The position numbers were made by a program, and so were the translations under genes. This document shows positions 12,013-24,747 of a stretch of 64,000 nucleotides of DNA, one piece after another. Each line of letters begins with the position of its first letter. Within the stretch, counting starts at the first letter, position 1. The stretch covers positions 160,001 to 224,000 of the forward strand of contig CAVTBU010000008.1 of assembly GCA_963733035.1 (NCBI GenBank), written 5' to 3'. This DNA is from Pirellulales bacterium (lineage in GTDB: Bacteria > Planctomycetota > Planctomycetia > Pirellulales > PALSA-1355). Under the pieces are notes generated by a model. That model saw only the letters and a program-made list of their open reading frames with translations. It was not told the DNA's origin and ran no database searches.

Positions 12013-12549
12013 ATGACTGCCGATGGCCCGGGGATGCCCCTCCGCGACTACTTTGCCGGAATTGCTGAGTACACCTTTCAAACTCGGATCGGAATTGCCG
12101 ATCCCCCGCTGATCGACTACATCAGCGATCTGCTTACCCGGTTCATACGAGCCGATAGCCTCTACAATGTCCGCGATCTCGGTGGCCGACGCTTGGGGGA
12201 GGTGGCCCTGATGCTGGCCGAAGCCGAGGCTCGCATCGGCGAAGCCCGCCGCGAGATCCATCGCCACATCGGCGACTTTGCCCTGTTCTGGACGGGCGTC
12301 TACCCCGAGGCACTCGGCCACACGCCCGATAAAACGGCCGATCGCACGGACCGATTCGTTGACTACTGCACACACGGCAAGCGTGCATACCACATCGCCA
12401 GCACCATTCCGGGCGACGACGCGAAGATCCAAAGTGAAATCCTCGAGCGGCTCAGCGATGAGTTCGAGCTGTGTGCTTTCGGCCTCAGTGAGGCCCGCAA
12501 GGAATGGGAACGTCGCGACCCGGACTCTGGATTGGTCGTGTTCAACTAG
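12013..12549 (+). CDS. conserved hypothetical protein
   Basis: GAGGTGG RBS before ATG 12013; typical codon usage; HRHIGDFALFWTGVYPEAL and GKRAYHIAS motifs resemble a planctomycete family of unknown function. Confidence 0.75.
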   Translation: MTADGPGMPLRDYFAGIAEYTFQTRIGIADPPLIDYISDLLTRFIRADSLYNVRDLGGRRLGEVALMLAEAEARIGEARREIHRHIGDFALFWTGVYPEALGHTPDKTADRTDRFVDYCTHGKRAYHIASTIPGDDAKIQSEILERLSDEFELCAFGLSEARKEWERRDPDSGLVVFN

Positions 12550-12714
12550 GCGACGTACTTTGCCGCCAGCGCCGTGATGGTGACGGGTGTTGTATTCGCC
12601 AGATCCATCGCGCCCGCATTGTTGAAACCACTTCTTTGCTTGACTGGGGTCACACGCTCGGCCCATACTACGTTGCAACGTCGTAACCGCCTCGCATCGA
12701 CGGGAGCCGCCTGC

Positions 12715-14103
12715 ATGGCACGTCAGACGACAAGCGCCGGATGTCCCGAATTTCGCCGTACAACAAGGCGCGATTTATTGCGAGTCGGTTCGCTGGGACT
12801 GGTCGGCCTGTCGCTTCCCAAGCTGCTCGCCGCCAGTGAGACGGTCGGGATAAAACCGCGGGCCAAGAGCGTGCTGTTCTATCACCATTACGGCGCGCCG
12901 AGCCATATCGACTCGTTCGACCCAAAGCCCGACGCTCCGGCGGAAGTCCGCGGTGAGTTTGGCACCATTCCCACGTCGGCGCCCGGGTTTTACGTGTCGG
13001 ACATCATGCCGCGGATTGCGCACGTCTGCGATCGGCTGTCGGTGGTCCGCACGATGAACCATCGCACGAGCAACCACAATCCGGCCGTCTACCTGGCGAT
13101 TACCGGGCGCACGTCGGAGCGCGACCAAGTGCAGGTCGGTGCCACGAGCAACGACTGGCCGCACTACGGGGCGGTGCTCGCCAAGCTTGCACCCGGCTCG
13201 GGGACGCTACCAGTGTCGGTGCAAGTGCCGCACCGAGCCTACGACCAGGTTTATACGTGCCCGGGCCAAACCGGCGGCATGCTCGGCAGCAAGTACGATC
13301 CGCTGATTGTCCAGCGCGATCCCAGCCAACCCAACTTTCAGGTCGAGGAACTCAGCCTGCGGGTCGACCCCCACAGGCTGCTCGACCGCCGGCGTCTGTT
13401 GGCGGCCATCGATGGTCAGATTCGCGGCTTGGAACAAGATGCGGCCGTGCATGCGCGCGATCAGTTTTACGAACGCTCGTTCTCGCTGCTCAGCTCGCCG
13501 GATGCCAAGCGAGCATTCGATCTCTCGCAAGAAAGCGACAAGCTGCGTGACCGCTACGGTCGGCACAAGAGCGGCCAAAGCTTGCTGCTGGCCCGCCGGT
13601 TGATCGAAGCCGGCGTGACGCTGGTGACCTGCTTCAGCGGTTCCAACCCGGGCGACGGCTGGGATACACACTCCGACAACTTCAACCGCATGAAAAACAA
13701 ACTCATGCCGCCTGAGGACCAGGCTTTCTCCGCCCTGATTGAAGACATGGACCAGCGCGGATTGCTCGAAGACACGCTCGTCGTCTGGTCGGGCGAGTTC
13801 GGGCGCAAACCGCAGATTGGCAAGCCGAATCCGCTGACGAACAACATCGGCCCCGGCGGCCGCGATCACTGGACGTATACCTACTCGCTCGTGTTGGCCG
13901 GTGCGGGCGTGAAGCGCGGTTGCGTTTATAGCGATAGCGATCGCATTGGCGCCAATCCGGCCGGTCCGGCTCACACTCCGGGCGATCTTGCGGCGACCAT
14001 CTTTTGGGCTTTAGGGCTCGACCCTGCCACCAACATCCACGACCGGCTAGGCCGCCCCTTCAAGTTGGCCGAGGGCCAACCGATAGCCGGCATCTTCACC
14101 TGA
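12715..14103 (+). CDS. DUF1501 domain protein
   Basis: TRRDLLRVG, GAPSHIDSFDPKPDAP, LLARRLIEAGV, WDTH, GEFGRKP, GRDHW. Confidence 0.9.
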   Translation: MARQTTSAGCPEFRRTTRRDLLRVGSLGLVGLSLPKLLAASETVGIKPRAKSVLFYHHYGAPSHIDSFDPKPDAPAEVRGEFGTIPTSAPGFYVSDIMPRIAHVCDRLSVVRTMNHRTSNHNPAVYLAITGRTSERDQVQVGATSNDWPHYGAVLAKLAPGSGTLPVSVQVPHRAYDQVYTCPGQTGGMLGSKYDPLIVQRDPSQPNFQVEELSLRVDPHRLLDRRRLLAAIDGQIRGLEQDAAVHARDQFYERSFSLLSSPDAKRAFDLSQESDKLRDRYGRHKSGQSLLLARRLIEAGVTLVTCFSGSNPGDGWDTHSDNFNRMKNKLMPPEDQAFSALIEDMDQRGLLEDTLVVWSGEFGRKPQIGKPNPLTNNIGPGGRDHWTYTYSLVLAGAGVKRGCVYSDSDRIGANPAGPAHTPGDLAATIFWALGLDPATNIHDRLGRPFKLAEGQPIAGIFT

Positions 14104-14137
14104 ACCTGCGGCCTTGCGACACGCGAGGTGCGCCGCG

Positions 14138-17100
14138 TCACGTCTCCGAAAAAGCCGAGCGAGCCGGAGTGTCAGCAAGCTGAGGCTTGAGGCCCGTTGG
14201 AACATGGGGGGCGGGCGCGGAGGTTGCCACCTGCGGCTGCCGCCGAACGCTCGCGATCACTTTGGAAAAATCGTCGAAGATCGAGTAGATCACCGGCGTG
14301 GCCAAAAGCGTCAGCAGCAGCGACAACGTTTGACCGCCCACGGCCAAAACCGCGATCGAACGCCGTTCCTCGGCCCCTGGCCCGGCGGCGATCAATAGCG
14401 GCAATAGTCCGGCCACGAAGCTGATCGTTGTCATCAAAATCGGCCGCAGCCGATCGCGGTTCGCTTCAATGATGGCGGTCAGCCGATCGGCGCCGGCAGC
14501 TCGCAATTGATTCGTGTGATCGACCTGCAGGATGGCATTCTTCTTCACCACCCCGAATAGCACCAGAATGCCCAAAGCCGAATAGAGATTCAGCGTTTCG
14601 CCGCCGAGCATCAAACTGAGCAAGCCGAACGGAATCGCCAGCGGCAGCGAAATGAGAATCGTCAGCGGGTGGACGAGGTGCTCAAACTGCGCCGCCAGGA
14701 TGAGATACATGAAAATGAACGCCAGGGCGAACGTCCAACCGAAATCGCGAAACGTCCGTTCGAGTTCGCGACCGCGGCCGGCGATGCTCGTCGCATATCC
14801 GGGCGGTAGTCCCATGTCGTCGGCTGCTTTTTGAAACGCGTCCAAACGGTCGGCCAGGGCGTATCCCGGCGCGAGGTTGGCCCGCACGGCCGCCATCCGC
14901 TGCCGGTTTAAGCGATCGATTCGCGGCGTGGTTTCGCTGTCGTCGAAGCGAACCACGTTGTCCAACCGAGTCAGCGGTGGACTGAGCGATAGCGCAGCCG
15001 CCGCGACCGAAGCGGTGCGCGCGGATGGAGCCGCACTGGCCCAGCCCTGCGGCGTGGTACGCACGTAGAGTTGGCTGATCGCGTCGCGACTCGAACGATC
15101 GATACCCACCAGCCGTAGTTCCACGTCGTAGGTATCGTCGGCCTGAGCGTCGTGATAGCGCGACACGCGATCGTCACCGCCAACGGCAATCCTCAACGTC
15201 TCGGCGATCTCTTGGACTTCGACGCCCAGAGCAGCGGTCCTTTCGCGATTGATTTCCACGCGCAGCTCGGGCTTGTCCATCCGAAGTGTCGTGTAGGTAT
15301 CGACCACGCCGGGCAGCTTCGCCACGCGCTGTCGCAATTCTTCGCTCACACGGGCCAAGGTTTCGATCTCCGGCCCTTCGATCACGAAGTCAATGTCGAC
15401 CGGCGCGCCTTGTCGCAAACTGGTCAGGTTCCGGACCGAAACGATCAATTCCTTGAACTTGCTCAATCGAGATCGGGCCGCGGTCATCACGTCGCGCTGC
15501 GAGTAGTTGCCTTCCCAGGCCTCGAGCGGATGCCCCGCAAGCGTCTCCTCCCAAAGTCGCCCCAGGCTGAAGGAGCGCTTTTCGATGTCCTCGATTTGGA
15601 CGTAGATTTCCCCATTGTTTAAGCTGGCCGTGCTGCGGCTGCCGGCGCTTGTGAGCAAATACACAATGCCCGGAATCTGGTCGAGCTCGTGTTCCACGGC
15701 CTTGAGCGTTTGATCCATCGTGACCAGCGAGGCACCTTCGTTGGCCGTAATCCGAATCTCGAATTCCGACTCGTCGACGTTCGTGGGCAGATAGTCCTGG
15801 TGCACGGCGTTGTACAGGGGCACGTTGAGCGCGATCACGGCGATCACCAAGGCGGCCACGAGCCACCGCGCCCGCATCGCCACTCGCAGAATTGCCACAT
15901 AGGCCACTTCGATGTAGTGGTAGAAGCCGCGCCGCGAGCGCGCCTCCGCCTTGCCCGCGCCCGCGCGGAGGGACGCAGCAGGCGCGAACACATCATGGGC
16001 GTCAGCGAGAAGCTGATCAGCATCGAGATCATGATCGCAACCACGGCGGTCATGCCAAACTGATAAAGCATTCTGCCGGTCACGCTCGACAGAAACGACA
16101 CGGGCAGAAACACGATCACCAATGAGAGCGTCGTGGCCAGCACGGCCAGGCCGATTTCGCGCGTTCCTTCGATCGCCGCCTGCTTGGGCGACATCCCCTT
16201 TTCCTCGATAAAGCGAAACACATTTTCCAAGACCACAATTGCATCATCGATCACCACACCAACCATCAGCACGAGCGCGAGCATCGTGACGTTGTTGAGC
16301 GTGAAGTCCAGAAAACGCATCATCGCGAACGTGGCGATTACCGAGCCGGGAATTGCCACCGCGGCAATCAATGTCGACCGCCACGAACGCATGAATAACA
16401 ACACCACAATCGAGGCCAGGACGCTGCCAGAGATCAAGTGGCCTTGAATCTCATGCATGGCCGCATTGATGTATCGCGATTGGTCCTGAATGATGTTCAA
16501 CTCGACGTCGCCCGGCAGCAACTCTCGGCTCCGTTTCAACCGCTCCTTGACGGCTGCGATCACATCCACCGTGTTCGTGCCCGACTGCCGCTGAACATAG
16601 AGCACCACCGCCGGCGTGCCGTTGAGCCGGGCCAGCGTACGAACTTCCTTCGACCCGTCGATCACCTGACCCAGGTCGCGCAGTCGCACGGCTGTGCCGT
16701 GCGAACTGGCCACTACCAGATCCAGGAAATCGTTCGGATCGGCCACGCGTCCAACGGTTCGCAGCGATAGCTCACGCGCGCCGGCGTCCACTCGGCCGCC
16801 GGGAATATCGGTGTTCTGCCTTACCAGCGCGTCGCGAACTTGCATGATCGAAAGCTGGTAGGCTGCCAGGCGGCGGGCCTCGACGTTCACCTGGATCGCC
16901 CGGTCCGTGGCGCCAGCGATAAACACCTCGCCGACGCCATGCGCCGACTCGATCACGTTCTTGACGTACCGGTCGGCCAGCAAAAACAGTTCCCGGCTGT
17001 CGCGATTTCCCGCCAGTGCCAGCGACATGATCGGCGACGCATCGAGATCCGACTTGCGCACGATCGGCGGATCGATGTTGGGCGGCAAGCGGTTCATGAC

Positions 17101-17445
17101 GCTGCTGACCGCGTCGCGCACGTCCTGAGCCGCCGCGTCAATGTCGCGATCGAGGTTGAACGTAATAATCAGCAACGAATTGCCATCGCGCGAGAGCGAC
17201 CGCAGCTCGTCAATTCCCGCCACCGTGGCCACCGCGTCTTCCTGAATTTGAGTGACCTCGGTCTCGATCTCTTCCGGTGACGCGCCGGGGTAGTTGGTCG
17301 AAACGATGATCGTCGGCAGGTCCATCCGCGGAAACCGATCGATGCCCAACTGCTGATATGCCGCCATGCCCGCCACGATCATGGCCGCCACCAGTGTCAA
17401 TGCAAACACGGGTCGGCGGACACAAACTTCAGCTAGCCACTGCAC
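14138..17445 (-). CDS. RND efflux permease (AcrB/MdtB-like), frameshift near 15965
   Basis: VRRPVFA, YPGASPEEIETEV, VGVVIDDAIVVLEN, SLTPMMCSRLL; second frame has GVVKKNAILQVD and RLRPILMTT. Confidence 0.93.
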
Positions 17446-17506
17446 AACCAGGCTCCTCGGATCACCGTCGTCTCAGGAAGATCAAATCGGTTTCGTCGCC
17501 AACTCG

Positions 17507-18783
17507 CTAGCCACCCAGCAGCGCCGCGCGGTCGCTGCGGGGCAGGCCAGGGTCGTCGCGCACCGCACGGACAACGCCTTCGTGCCCCTGTTCGCCGTTG
17601 GATAGCACCAAGTCACCGGACTCCAGACCACTGAGTACTTCGACCATGTTTCCGTCGCGGCGTCCGGTACGAATTTGCTTTGGCAACGCTTTGCTGTCGA
17701 CGACGGTCCACACCTTCTCGACGCCACCGAACGACACGACGCTTCGGGCTGGCACCGCCAATGCCCGCTGGTCGGCATCGACCAGGATTTCCGCCTCGGC
17801 AAACAAACCGGTACGTAACGCCCCGTCGTCGTTCTCGATGTCGGCTTCAATGATCAGCGAGCGGCTGCTCACGTCGAGCGCGGGGCTGATTCGTGAAATA
17901 CGGGTCTTGATCGGCTGCGGCTGCCCTTCCAGCACCAATGTCAGGGGCTGACCGACGCTCACACCAATGGCCGTCCGCTCGGGAATGCCGGCCCGAAACC
18001 GGAGCGGATTAATACGAACAAGCGCGGCCACCGGCTGTCCAACGTTGACATAGCTGCCTGGCGCGACATGCGTCTCCTGAATGATGCCGACAAACGGGGC
18101 CGTAAGGAGTGCGTCTTTCCGGTTTTGTTGGGCCAGCGCCAATTCCGCTCGGCGCAGCTTCAACGTCGCAATTTGACCTTGCACGGCATTCAAGGAGGCG
18201 TCGTAGCGGGCTTCAGCTACGTGGAGGGCCGATTCGCGGGCCTGAATCTCTTCTTGTGTCAGCACGCCTTTGCCGGCCAAACTCTTGACCCGCGCTACGT
18301 TCAGCCGTGCTTCCTCGAGCATGGCCCATTCCTGCAGCACCGGCGGCGCCTTGGACGGATTGAGTTGATCGTCCGGCACTCCCTCCTTAAGTCCGACGGC
18401 TGCCCGCGCCTGAGCAACCTGGGCCTCTGCCTGCTGGACCATCAGATCAAATTCTTCGGTATCGAGTTCGGCCACCGGCTGTCCCTCTTGCACCGGCGTG
18501 CCGATGTCGACGAACATCTTCCGAATGCGGCCCGCAACCTTGGCCCCCAGTAGCGCGTACTCATCTTCAATCAGCGTCCCCTGCGCCGCACGATTCGCGG
18601 CCAGGGGTGCAAGCTAGCTTCCACCACCGCCACGGATTCCTGCGCCGGGCTCGCGGACTTCTCGGACGCACGCTCGTCGGCGGAATGCGTGCCTCCGCAA
18701 CCGATCACGAGCCCGAGCACCAGGCACAAACCAGCGCGTCCGGATAGCATTCCGGCAAATTGCAATGCAGGAGTTCGCCGCAT
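17507..18783 (-). CDS. RND periplasmic adaptor (membrane fusion protein), frameshift near 18585
   Basis: Lipoprotein-like VIGC N-terminus; after the shift GTLIEDE..GAKVAGRIRKMFVDIGTPVQEGQ, APFVG, LRTGLFA, EVLSGLESGD; upstream of the permease. Confidence 0.9.
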
Positions 18784-18960
18784 CGAACGCCTCGGAGGGA
18801 GGGAGCGTGGAGATCGGGAGGGAATAACCCCGGCGGGCCGCTCGCCTGATTGTAACTAAAGGCGGGGGGCGGGTCTAGGAAAACCGGACTCCTCAATTGC
18901 TGAACTGCGCAATCAAATCGGGCGGTCCACCTCACAGGCCGCAACACGCCGGCCGTCGAC

Positions 18961-20238
18961 CTAGCTTGCCGCATCCTCCGAAACCAAAATCTGCACGACG
19001 TCGAACGCGGTATGCCCCGACTTGCGGAACGGCCTCGGCATTGGCTGGCCGTATCCCTGCAAGTCGACCGTGCGGGAGCGCAATTTGTATTTGCCCGCGG
19101 GCAGGCCAGGGTGCACCGTCGCCCAGTGGACCTTTGAAAGTCGCAAGGGCCAATTGCGAGGCTGTCCCGACGTAGCAAAGCCCATCGTATTCGCCGGAAT
19201 TTTGTCGTCGGGCAAATCGCCGCCCCACTTCGCCGGAGGCGGCAATATTTCCACGTCGCGCCAGGGCGCCGTCAGATAGTAGCGGTCATCCTTGGGTAGC
19301 GGTTCTCCATCCGGATGTATCCAAACCTGCACTTTGGAGAGGCCTCCGATGCCCACCTGAGCGTACCCGGTTATTGGAATCGGACGGTGGGGCCGGACCT
19401 GCCGCGAGACGTCCAGCGAAGCGGCGAACGATTTCAGCGGACTATCGATATCGTTGCCCTGTTCCGCGTACGTGTCGTTGGCATGTGGCAGGTTACTTAG
19501 CAACACATGGGAAAGCCATTTGATCGATTTGAATCCGTATGCTTCTGGCACGACCATCCGGACAGGTCCGCCGCGCTTGCTCGATAGCCATTGACCGTTC
19601 AACTTGTAGCACAGGATGACAGGCGGCAGATCGAAGGGATCTTCCATCACGCGTCCGATCGGCAGCGAACTACGAAACATTTGCTTCGCATCATCGTTGT
19701 GGTAGCCGTAATACACCACGCGTCGCAAGTCTTCGCGAGGTTGCGTGAGCCACACCACATCGCGAAGCGGCACGCCCTCCCAAATGCCCATGCCGAGCGG
19801 ACAGCCGATGTTCAGGCATGTCATGACCTTCGGAAATCGGACGGCACGTTTCTCGGCAAGTTGCATGAGCCCGGCAAAGTCCAGGGCCGTGTCGTCTTCA
19901 CAGCGTAGCGGCTTGCGGAGTCGGACCGTATTCTCCGGATCGGCGATCACCTCCAGGCGCCAGGTGTCCCGTGTCAATCCGACTTGGCGCAACTTTTCCT
20001 CGGAGAGCGTGTGCGGAATGGGATCTCCGCGCGAAACGTCTTGAAAATCGTCGGCAGCGGTGAAGTACGGCTCGAGCTTTGCCAGCAGCTCGGCCAACTC
20101 CGCAGCTGGCGGCGCCTCGCCCAAAACAGCACGGGGCGCCCAGAGGCCGCTGGCCAATAGACCACCAGCACCGATCTTCAGAAAATGACGCCGAACCAGT
20201 TCACGATGTTCTGACAGGAAGCGAGTAGGCTCGTTCAC
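18961..20238 (-). CDS. molybdopterin-dependent oxidoreductase (sulfite oxidase/MsrP-like), Tat-exported
   Basis: VRRHFLK signal; MTCLN (Mo-ligand Cys), WEGVPLRDV, GGPVRMVVPEAYGFKSIKWL. Confidence 0.85.
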   Translation of the reverse strand: MNEPTRFLSEHRELVRRHFLKIGAGGLLASGLWAPRAVLGEAPPAAELAELLAKLEPYFTAADDFQDVSRGDPIPHTLSEEKLRQVGLTRDTWRLEVIADPENTVRLRKPLRCEDDTALDFAGLMQLAEKRAVRFPKVMTCLNIGCPLGMGIWEGVPLRDVVWLTQPREDLRRVVYYGYHNDDAKQMFRSSLPIGRVMEDPFDLPPVILCYKLNGQWLSSKRGGPVRMVVPEAYGFKSIKWLSHVLLSNLPHANDTYAEQGNDIDSPLKSFAASLDVSRQVRPHRPIPITGYAQVGIGGLSKVQVWIHPDGEPLPKDDRYYLTAPWRDVEILPPPAKWGGDLPDDKIPANTMGFATSGQPRNWPLRLSKVHWATVHPGLPAGKYKLRSRTVDLQGYGQPMPRPFRKSGHTAFDVVQILVSEDAAS

Positions 20239-20527
20239 GGTCGTTGACCTTTGCGCACGATTTCTGTCGGCAAGTCAGCTAGAACACCAAGCGCTATCAG
20301 CTTAGACGACGAATCCATCGTTAGCCAACATAAACACGTCGACTAGCAAGGCGATCGCGAGGCGGGTCGTCCACCTGGACGTCGCACGGCTGCGGACCCT
20401 TGCGAATTACCGGGGATTCCGCGGCGCCGGCCCGGGCGTACCGCGAGAATGGACGTCCACGCCGAAAGTCACGATGCTGAGACCCGGATTCTGCCGAGCG
20501 ACAGCAGCCCTCCCGCATGCCGCTCGG

Positions 20528-21454
20528 TTAAATCACCAACCCCTTGGTGACCAACATGAACACGTCCTCCAGCGTCGGCTCCTTTTCGTGGAACGAACGC
20601 ATTCTGGCGCCGCTTTGACTGAGTTGCCCAAGCAGGGCCGAAACCCCCTCATCGTCGGTGGCCAATTCGATGACCACGTGATGGTCCTCCACCTGAACGT
20701 CGCGAAGATGCGGAGTGCTGCGAATCACCGACAGCCCCACTTCCATGCCATCGATAAACTTGATTTCGACGTGGCGATTGCCGCGAATTCGCCGATAAAC
20801 CTCGCTCATCGGGCCGTGCATGAGCAACTGTCCGCGCTCGATAATCCCGATCGACGTACAACAGTCGGCCAACTCGGTGAGAATGTGGCTCGATATCAGA
20901 ATCGTCTTCCCCATGCGGCGCAGCTCGCGAAGCAGGGCCTTCACTTCAAGACGCGCCCGAGGATCGAGACCGCTGCTGGGCTCGTCGAGAATCAGCACCG
21001 GCGGGTCGTGCACGAGCGTCTTCGCCAGGCAGAGACGCTGCTTCATGCCGCGCGAAAGGCCGTTGACGAAGTCATCGCGCTTGTGCATCAGGTCGAGCAA
21101 CTCCAACACGTCGCCAATGACCTGTTTGCGCTTGGCCCGGGGAATCTGATAAGCCACGGCAAAGAAATCCAAGAATTCCCAAACCTTCATGCCGTCATAC
21201 ACGCCAAAGTTGTCCGGCATGTAGCCGACGCTCTTCCGGACCGCCAGCGGATCCTTGGTCACGCTATGACCGTTAACGATTCCCTCGCCCGAGGTGGCTT
21301 TGAGCAACGTCGCCAGAAAGCGAATCGTCGTGCTCTTGCCGGCGCCGTTGGGGCCGATGAAGCCAAACATCTCGCCCGCCTCAATCGTGAGGTTCAGGCC
21401 TTCAACCGCCACGAAATCGCCGTAGTGTTTTGTAAACTCGATTAGCTCGATCAT
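20528..21454 (-). CDS. ABC transporter ATP-binding protein (ABC-2 type)
   Basis: GPNGAGKST, LSRGMKQRL, ILDEPSSGLD, SSHILTE. Confidence 0.95.
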   Translation of the reverse strand: MIELIEFTKHYGDFVAVEGLNLTIEAGEMFGFIGPNGAGKSTTIRFLATLLKATSGEGIVNGHSVTKDPLAVRKSVGYMPDNFGVYDGMKVWEFLDFFAVAYQIPRAKRKQVIGDVLELLDLMHKRDDFVNGLSRGMKQRLCLAKTLVHDPPVLILDEPSSGLDPRARLEVKALLRELRRMGKTILISSHILTELADCCTSIGIIERGQLLMHGPMSEVYRRIRGNRHVEIKFIDGMEVGLSVIRSTPHLRDVQVEDHHVVIELATDDEGVSALLGQLSQSGARMRSFHEKEPTLEDVFMLVTKGLVI

Positions 21455-21514
21455 GATCGCGGTGGTGAGCCCTGGGGTGCCTCGAATCGTGCGCCGGCGA
21501 GTATTCCCAGCCAG

Positions 21515-24006
21515 CTAAAATGCGTTCAGTCGAAACGGACTCAACGGTCGTAGATTCTCATCGGGAGTCGGCCGCTGGGCCGACCCATACTGGAGGTGGG
21601 CGACAACGAGCGTCGCGCTTCTGGATTGCGCGGTGGACGGATCAACGTGCGTACCCTCGATTGCCGCGTCGCGCCAGGCGACGAGCCGTACCTCACCCGG
21701 CTCGAGCGCGCGATGGTCTTGCACGCAGTCGATTAGTCCGCGGAGACACAAGCTGCCTCTGGCAGGCTCGCTGCTGGTCAAATCTGCCCGATCACGCCGC
21801 GCACCGATTTCCTTCGGATCGGTGGCAAACCGCACCGTCGCGGTGTTGCCCGGGCCCAACTCGCCAAGCCAGGCCACCTCGTCCAGCCACTTGTCGTTGT
21901 CCGTCTGGCGACGCCGAACGACAGCAGCTCCCGCCAGGGCAAACTTTGTCCCGTTTGTCACTCGGGGCACTCCGTCCGCGTCGACGCTCCACTCGAGGGC
22001 GCCCCCCAGATCGCACATCTGCTCGGCGTGGATCATCCCCGTGGAATTCGAAGCGACCGGATAATGGCTCAAGTCGCGCTCGCCAACACTCGTGAAAGTG
22101 ACTTCCGACGACGCCTGGCCGGAAAGCCGCTGGCGATCGGTCGAAAAGGGAAGCGCCAACGCCGACGGATCGTCGAACCGCAGATCGTAGTCGCTCGAAA
22201 GCGAGCTGTAGAGCGCCGCGTAGCGGGTCAGATGCCCGCGGGAATAGTTCGGTTGAATTTCGACCACGTCAATCTCGATCTGCGCCCTGGCAAAGCCGAT
22301 GTCGAGTTGCGCGAGCCAGACCACAAGCACTCCCCACACCACCGCGAGCACGGGTACGGCAACCCAAGCCCATTCCACGCGTCCGAGCAGCCGAAACACC
22401 ATCCAATTGACCGGCACGATCACCAGCAAATAGAGCCCGATCATCTTGAGCACAAATTGTCGGCGTGGCACCGAGATGCCGGCTGCGGCCTGCAACGATT
22501 GCCGAGCGGTGGACGAAATCCAACTGAAGTCGTTCCAGGCCGCGGTCCCCGGCTCCGCCTTGTACGAGTCGACTAGATCGAATTGCGCCCCGTAGACACT
22601 CGCCTGCAGGGGCATTCCGTTGGCGTCCACCAGACTCTCGTCGGGTGCGGACGATGTCCCCTCCGAGTCCGTCGGCTTTGCCTCGTCTCGCGTCAGGTAG
22701 CGCACCGCGGTCACCACCTTGGGATCGAGCTGGTCGGGGGCATTTGGCCCTACGAACCGGAAGTCGCGCGTCTCGGGATTGAACGACCGCGATGGCCTTC
22801 TCAGCAAGCAAGCATTGAAAAAACTATCGAAACTCGGCCAGCTGACCAGGTCCGGCTCGCTCAAGCGAAACGACGTCACCACGATTCTCCCACGGCCGAC
22901 GCGCCGTTCGGCGATCAAATCGGCCGTATTCGGCAGAAACACTCCGCCCGGTTGCTTGACCAATTCGATGCCCGACCAGACGTCACCGGCCCGAGATCCC
23001 AAGGGCTGGCTCTTGTCGCCGGCAACCGACCAATTCTTATGAAACTCGGCGAGGCGTGCCGCATCGATTGCTCCCGCCGTATCGCCGGTGGCCGGCAGGT
23101 AGTCGGCGAGAAACGAGCTTCGCAACTTGTCGAGCGAATCGGGTCCGCTGACAATCAACCCGCCACCCCAATGGAGCCAATCGATCATCGCCCGCTGCTG
23201 CTCCGGCACGAGGGCCGTGGCCAGCACGTCGTCCCACACCACATACGCCAGGCTTGTCCAACACAGCGACTCGGTGGAGAGAGCCAGCGGAACATCGACC
23301 GGAGGGAACAAGACCCGGTAGTAGTTGGTGTCGAGCAAGTTGACCGGCGTATACTGCGTCGGAGGACGCACGCTAGCCAGGTTGTTCAGAAATGTATACC
23401 GCGCGGGTTGAGCCGCCAACACGACCATGAAGTACTGGTAGCTCGGCAGATGAGTGACCATTTCCGGCACGCGCTCGACTTCTTGTCCGCCGGAACGGCT
23501 AACCAACTTGTTGTCGATCCAGGTCGACGTCTTTGCCAACGCATTGGGGGCGGGCCGGGCGCAAAGAAAAGCGTCTCCAAGGTCTTTCGCTGCGACTTGG
23601 GCAGCGTCACGTCGCGGTCAACCTTCACCCAAAACGGGCTTCGTTCCAGGTCGACCGGACGCTGTTGCGAGTCGAGCGGCGTGGTTGCCAGCAGGCCGTC
23701 AAAGTCGTATAGGTTCGCGCGCGCTTGCACGAGCGCGCCTGTCCAATGACCTGGTTTGGTTGCCAGGATGATCCGCTCGGTATCCTTCGCCTTTTCGTCG
23801 AACGATGAGCGTTCGTTGGGTTCCGTAAAAACCCGCAGATTCTCAAACGGGGGCTCGGGCTTCTTTTCCTTGAGCTTCTCGAGGTCCGTTTTCGCGCTGG
23901 TTGACGATTTCCAACAGCCGCTGGTCCCAACCACGTACAGTGGCAACATGGCCAACACGACGCACGCCAACGTCCGGCGGATGGCTGGCTGACGTGCGGC
24001 CGACAT
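21515..24006 (-). CDS. large membrane-anchored protein associated with the ABC ATPase; frameshift near 23548
   Basis: Lipoprotein-like GTSGC signal; GATase-like stretch (YVVWDD..QQRAMIDWLHWGGGLIVSG); two TM helices (LYLLVIVPVNW, WVAVPVLAVVW); +1 in a C run joins the frames. Confidence 0.7.
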
Positions 24007-24090
24007 GTGATATTCCTGGCGAGTGACGAACCGTTCCAAGCGACGATCTCATTATAGACCGAAGTGCTCGATCACGGCCAACACCCCGGG

Positions 24091-24699
24091 TCAATCGTGC
24101 GGACGGTGGCGCCGGTATTCCGCGGGCGTGTCGATGTCCGCAAAAATCGCGTCCGTGTCCACATCGACATATTCGACCGGATGCCGCGCGAGCAAGGCCT
24201 TCAGGCCTTCGCTGTCACCAAGCTTGGCAACCTCCCCGGCCAGCGACCAGGGAAACAAAACGGGGTGCCCGCGTCGCCCTTGGTGTCGCACGGTCCAGAT
24301 CCGAGGTGGCGTCTCCCGATCGTTTGTTCCGTGTTCATACGCCCCAATCAAGGCGTTGATGACGTCGGTCGAAATCCCCGGCATATCGGCCGGCGCCACC
24401 AGCCAAGCGTCGCCGGGACCCGCGTGAAACACCTGTTCGGCAATGCCAATGCCATGGCAAATGGAATCCTTCATTTCCGCCGGCGGCGGGGTGCAAACGG
24501 CCGTGTAGGCACCGTGGCACTGCTGGGCAATTTGCGCGTCATCGGGATGCAATACCACAATCACTTGTTCGACGCGACTGGCTCGCCAATTGTTGACAAC
24601 GTGCTGGATGAGCGTCGTATTGCCCCAGGGCAACAGGAGCTTCGGCTCGCCCATGCGGCGGCTGCGGCCCGCCGCCGGCAATATGGCAAACGCCCTCAT
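24091..24699 (-). CDS. nucleotidyltransferase, molybdenum cofactor cytidylyltransferase (MocA-like)
   Basis: ILPAAGRSRRMGEPKLLLPW, PADMP, GHPVLF, DIDTPAEY; near xdhC. Confidence 0.85.
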   Translation of the reverse strand: MRAFAILPAAGRSRRMGEPKLLLPWGNTTLIQHVVNNWRASRVEQVIVVLHPDDAQIAQQCHGAYTAVCTPPPAEMKDSICHGIGIAEQVFHAGPGDAWLVAPADMPGISTDVINALIGAYEHGTNDRETPPRIWTVRHQGRRGHPVLFPWSLAGEVAKLGDSEGLKALLARHPVEYVDVDTDAIFADIDTPAEYRRHRPHD

Positions 24700-24747
24700 A
24701 ACGAACCTCGCAATCCGCGCCGCGTATCATCGCCCGGCTGGCTAGCG

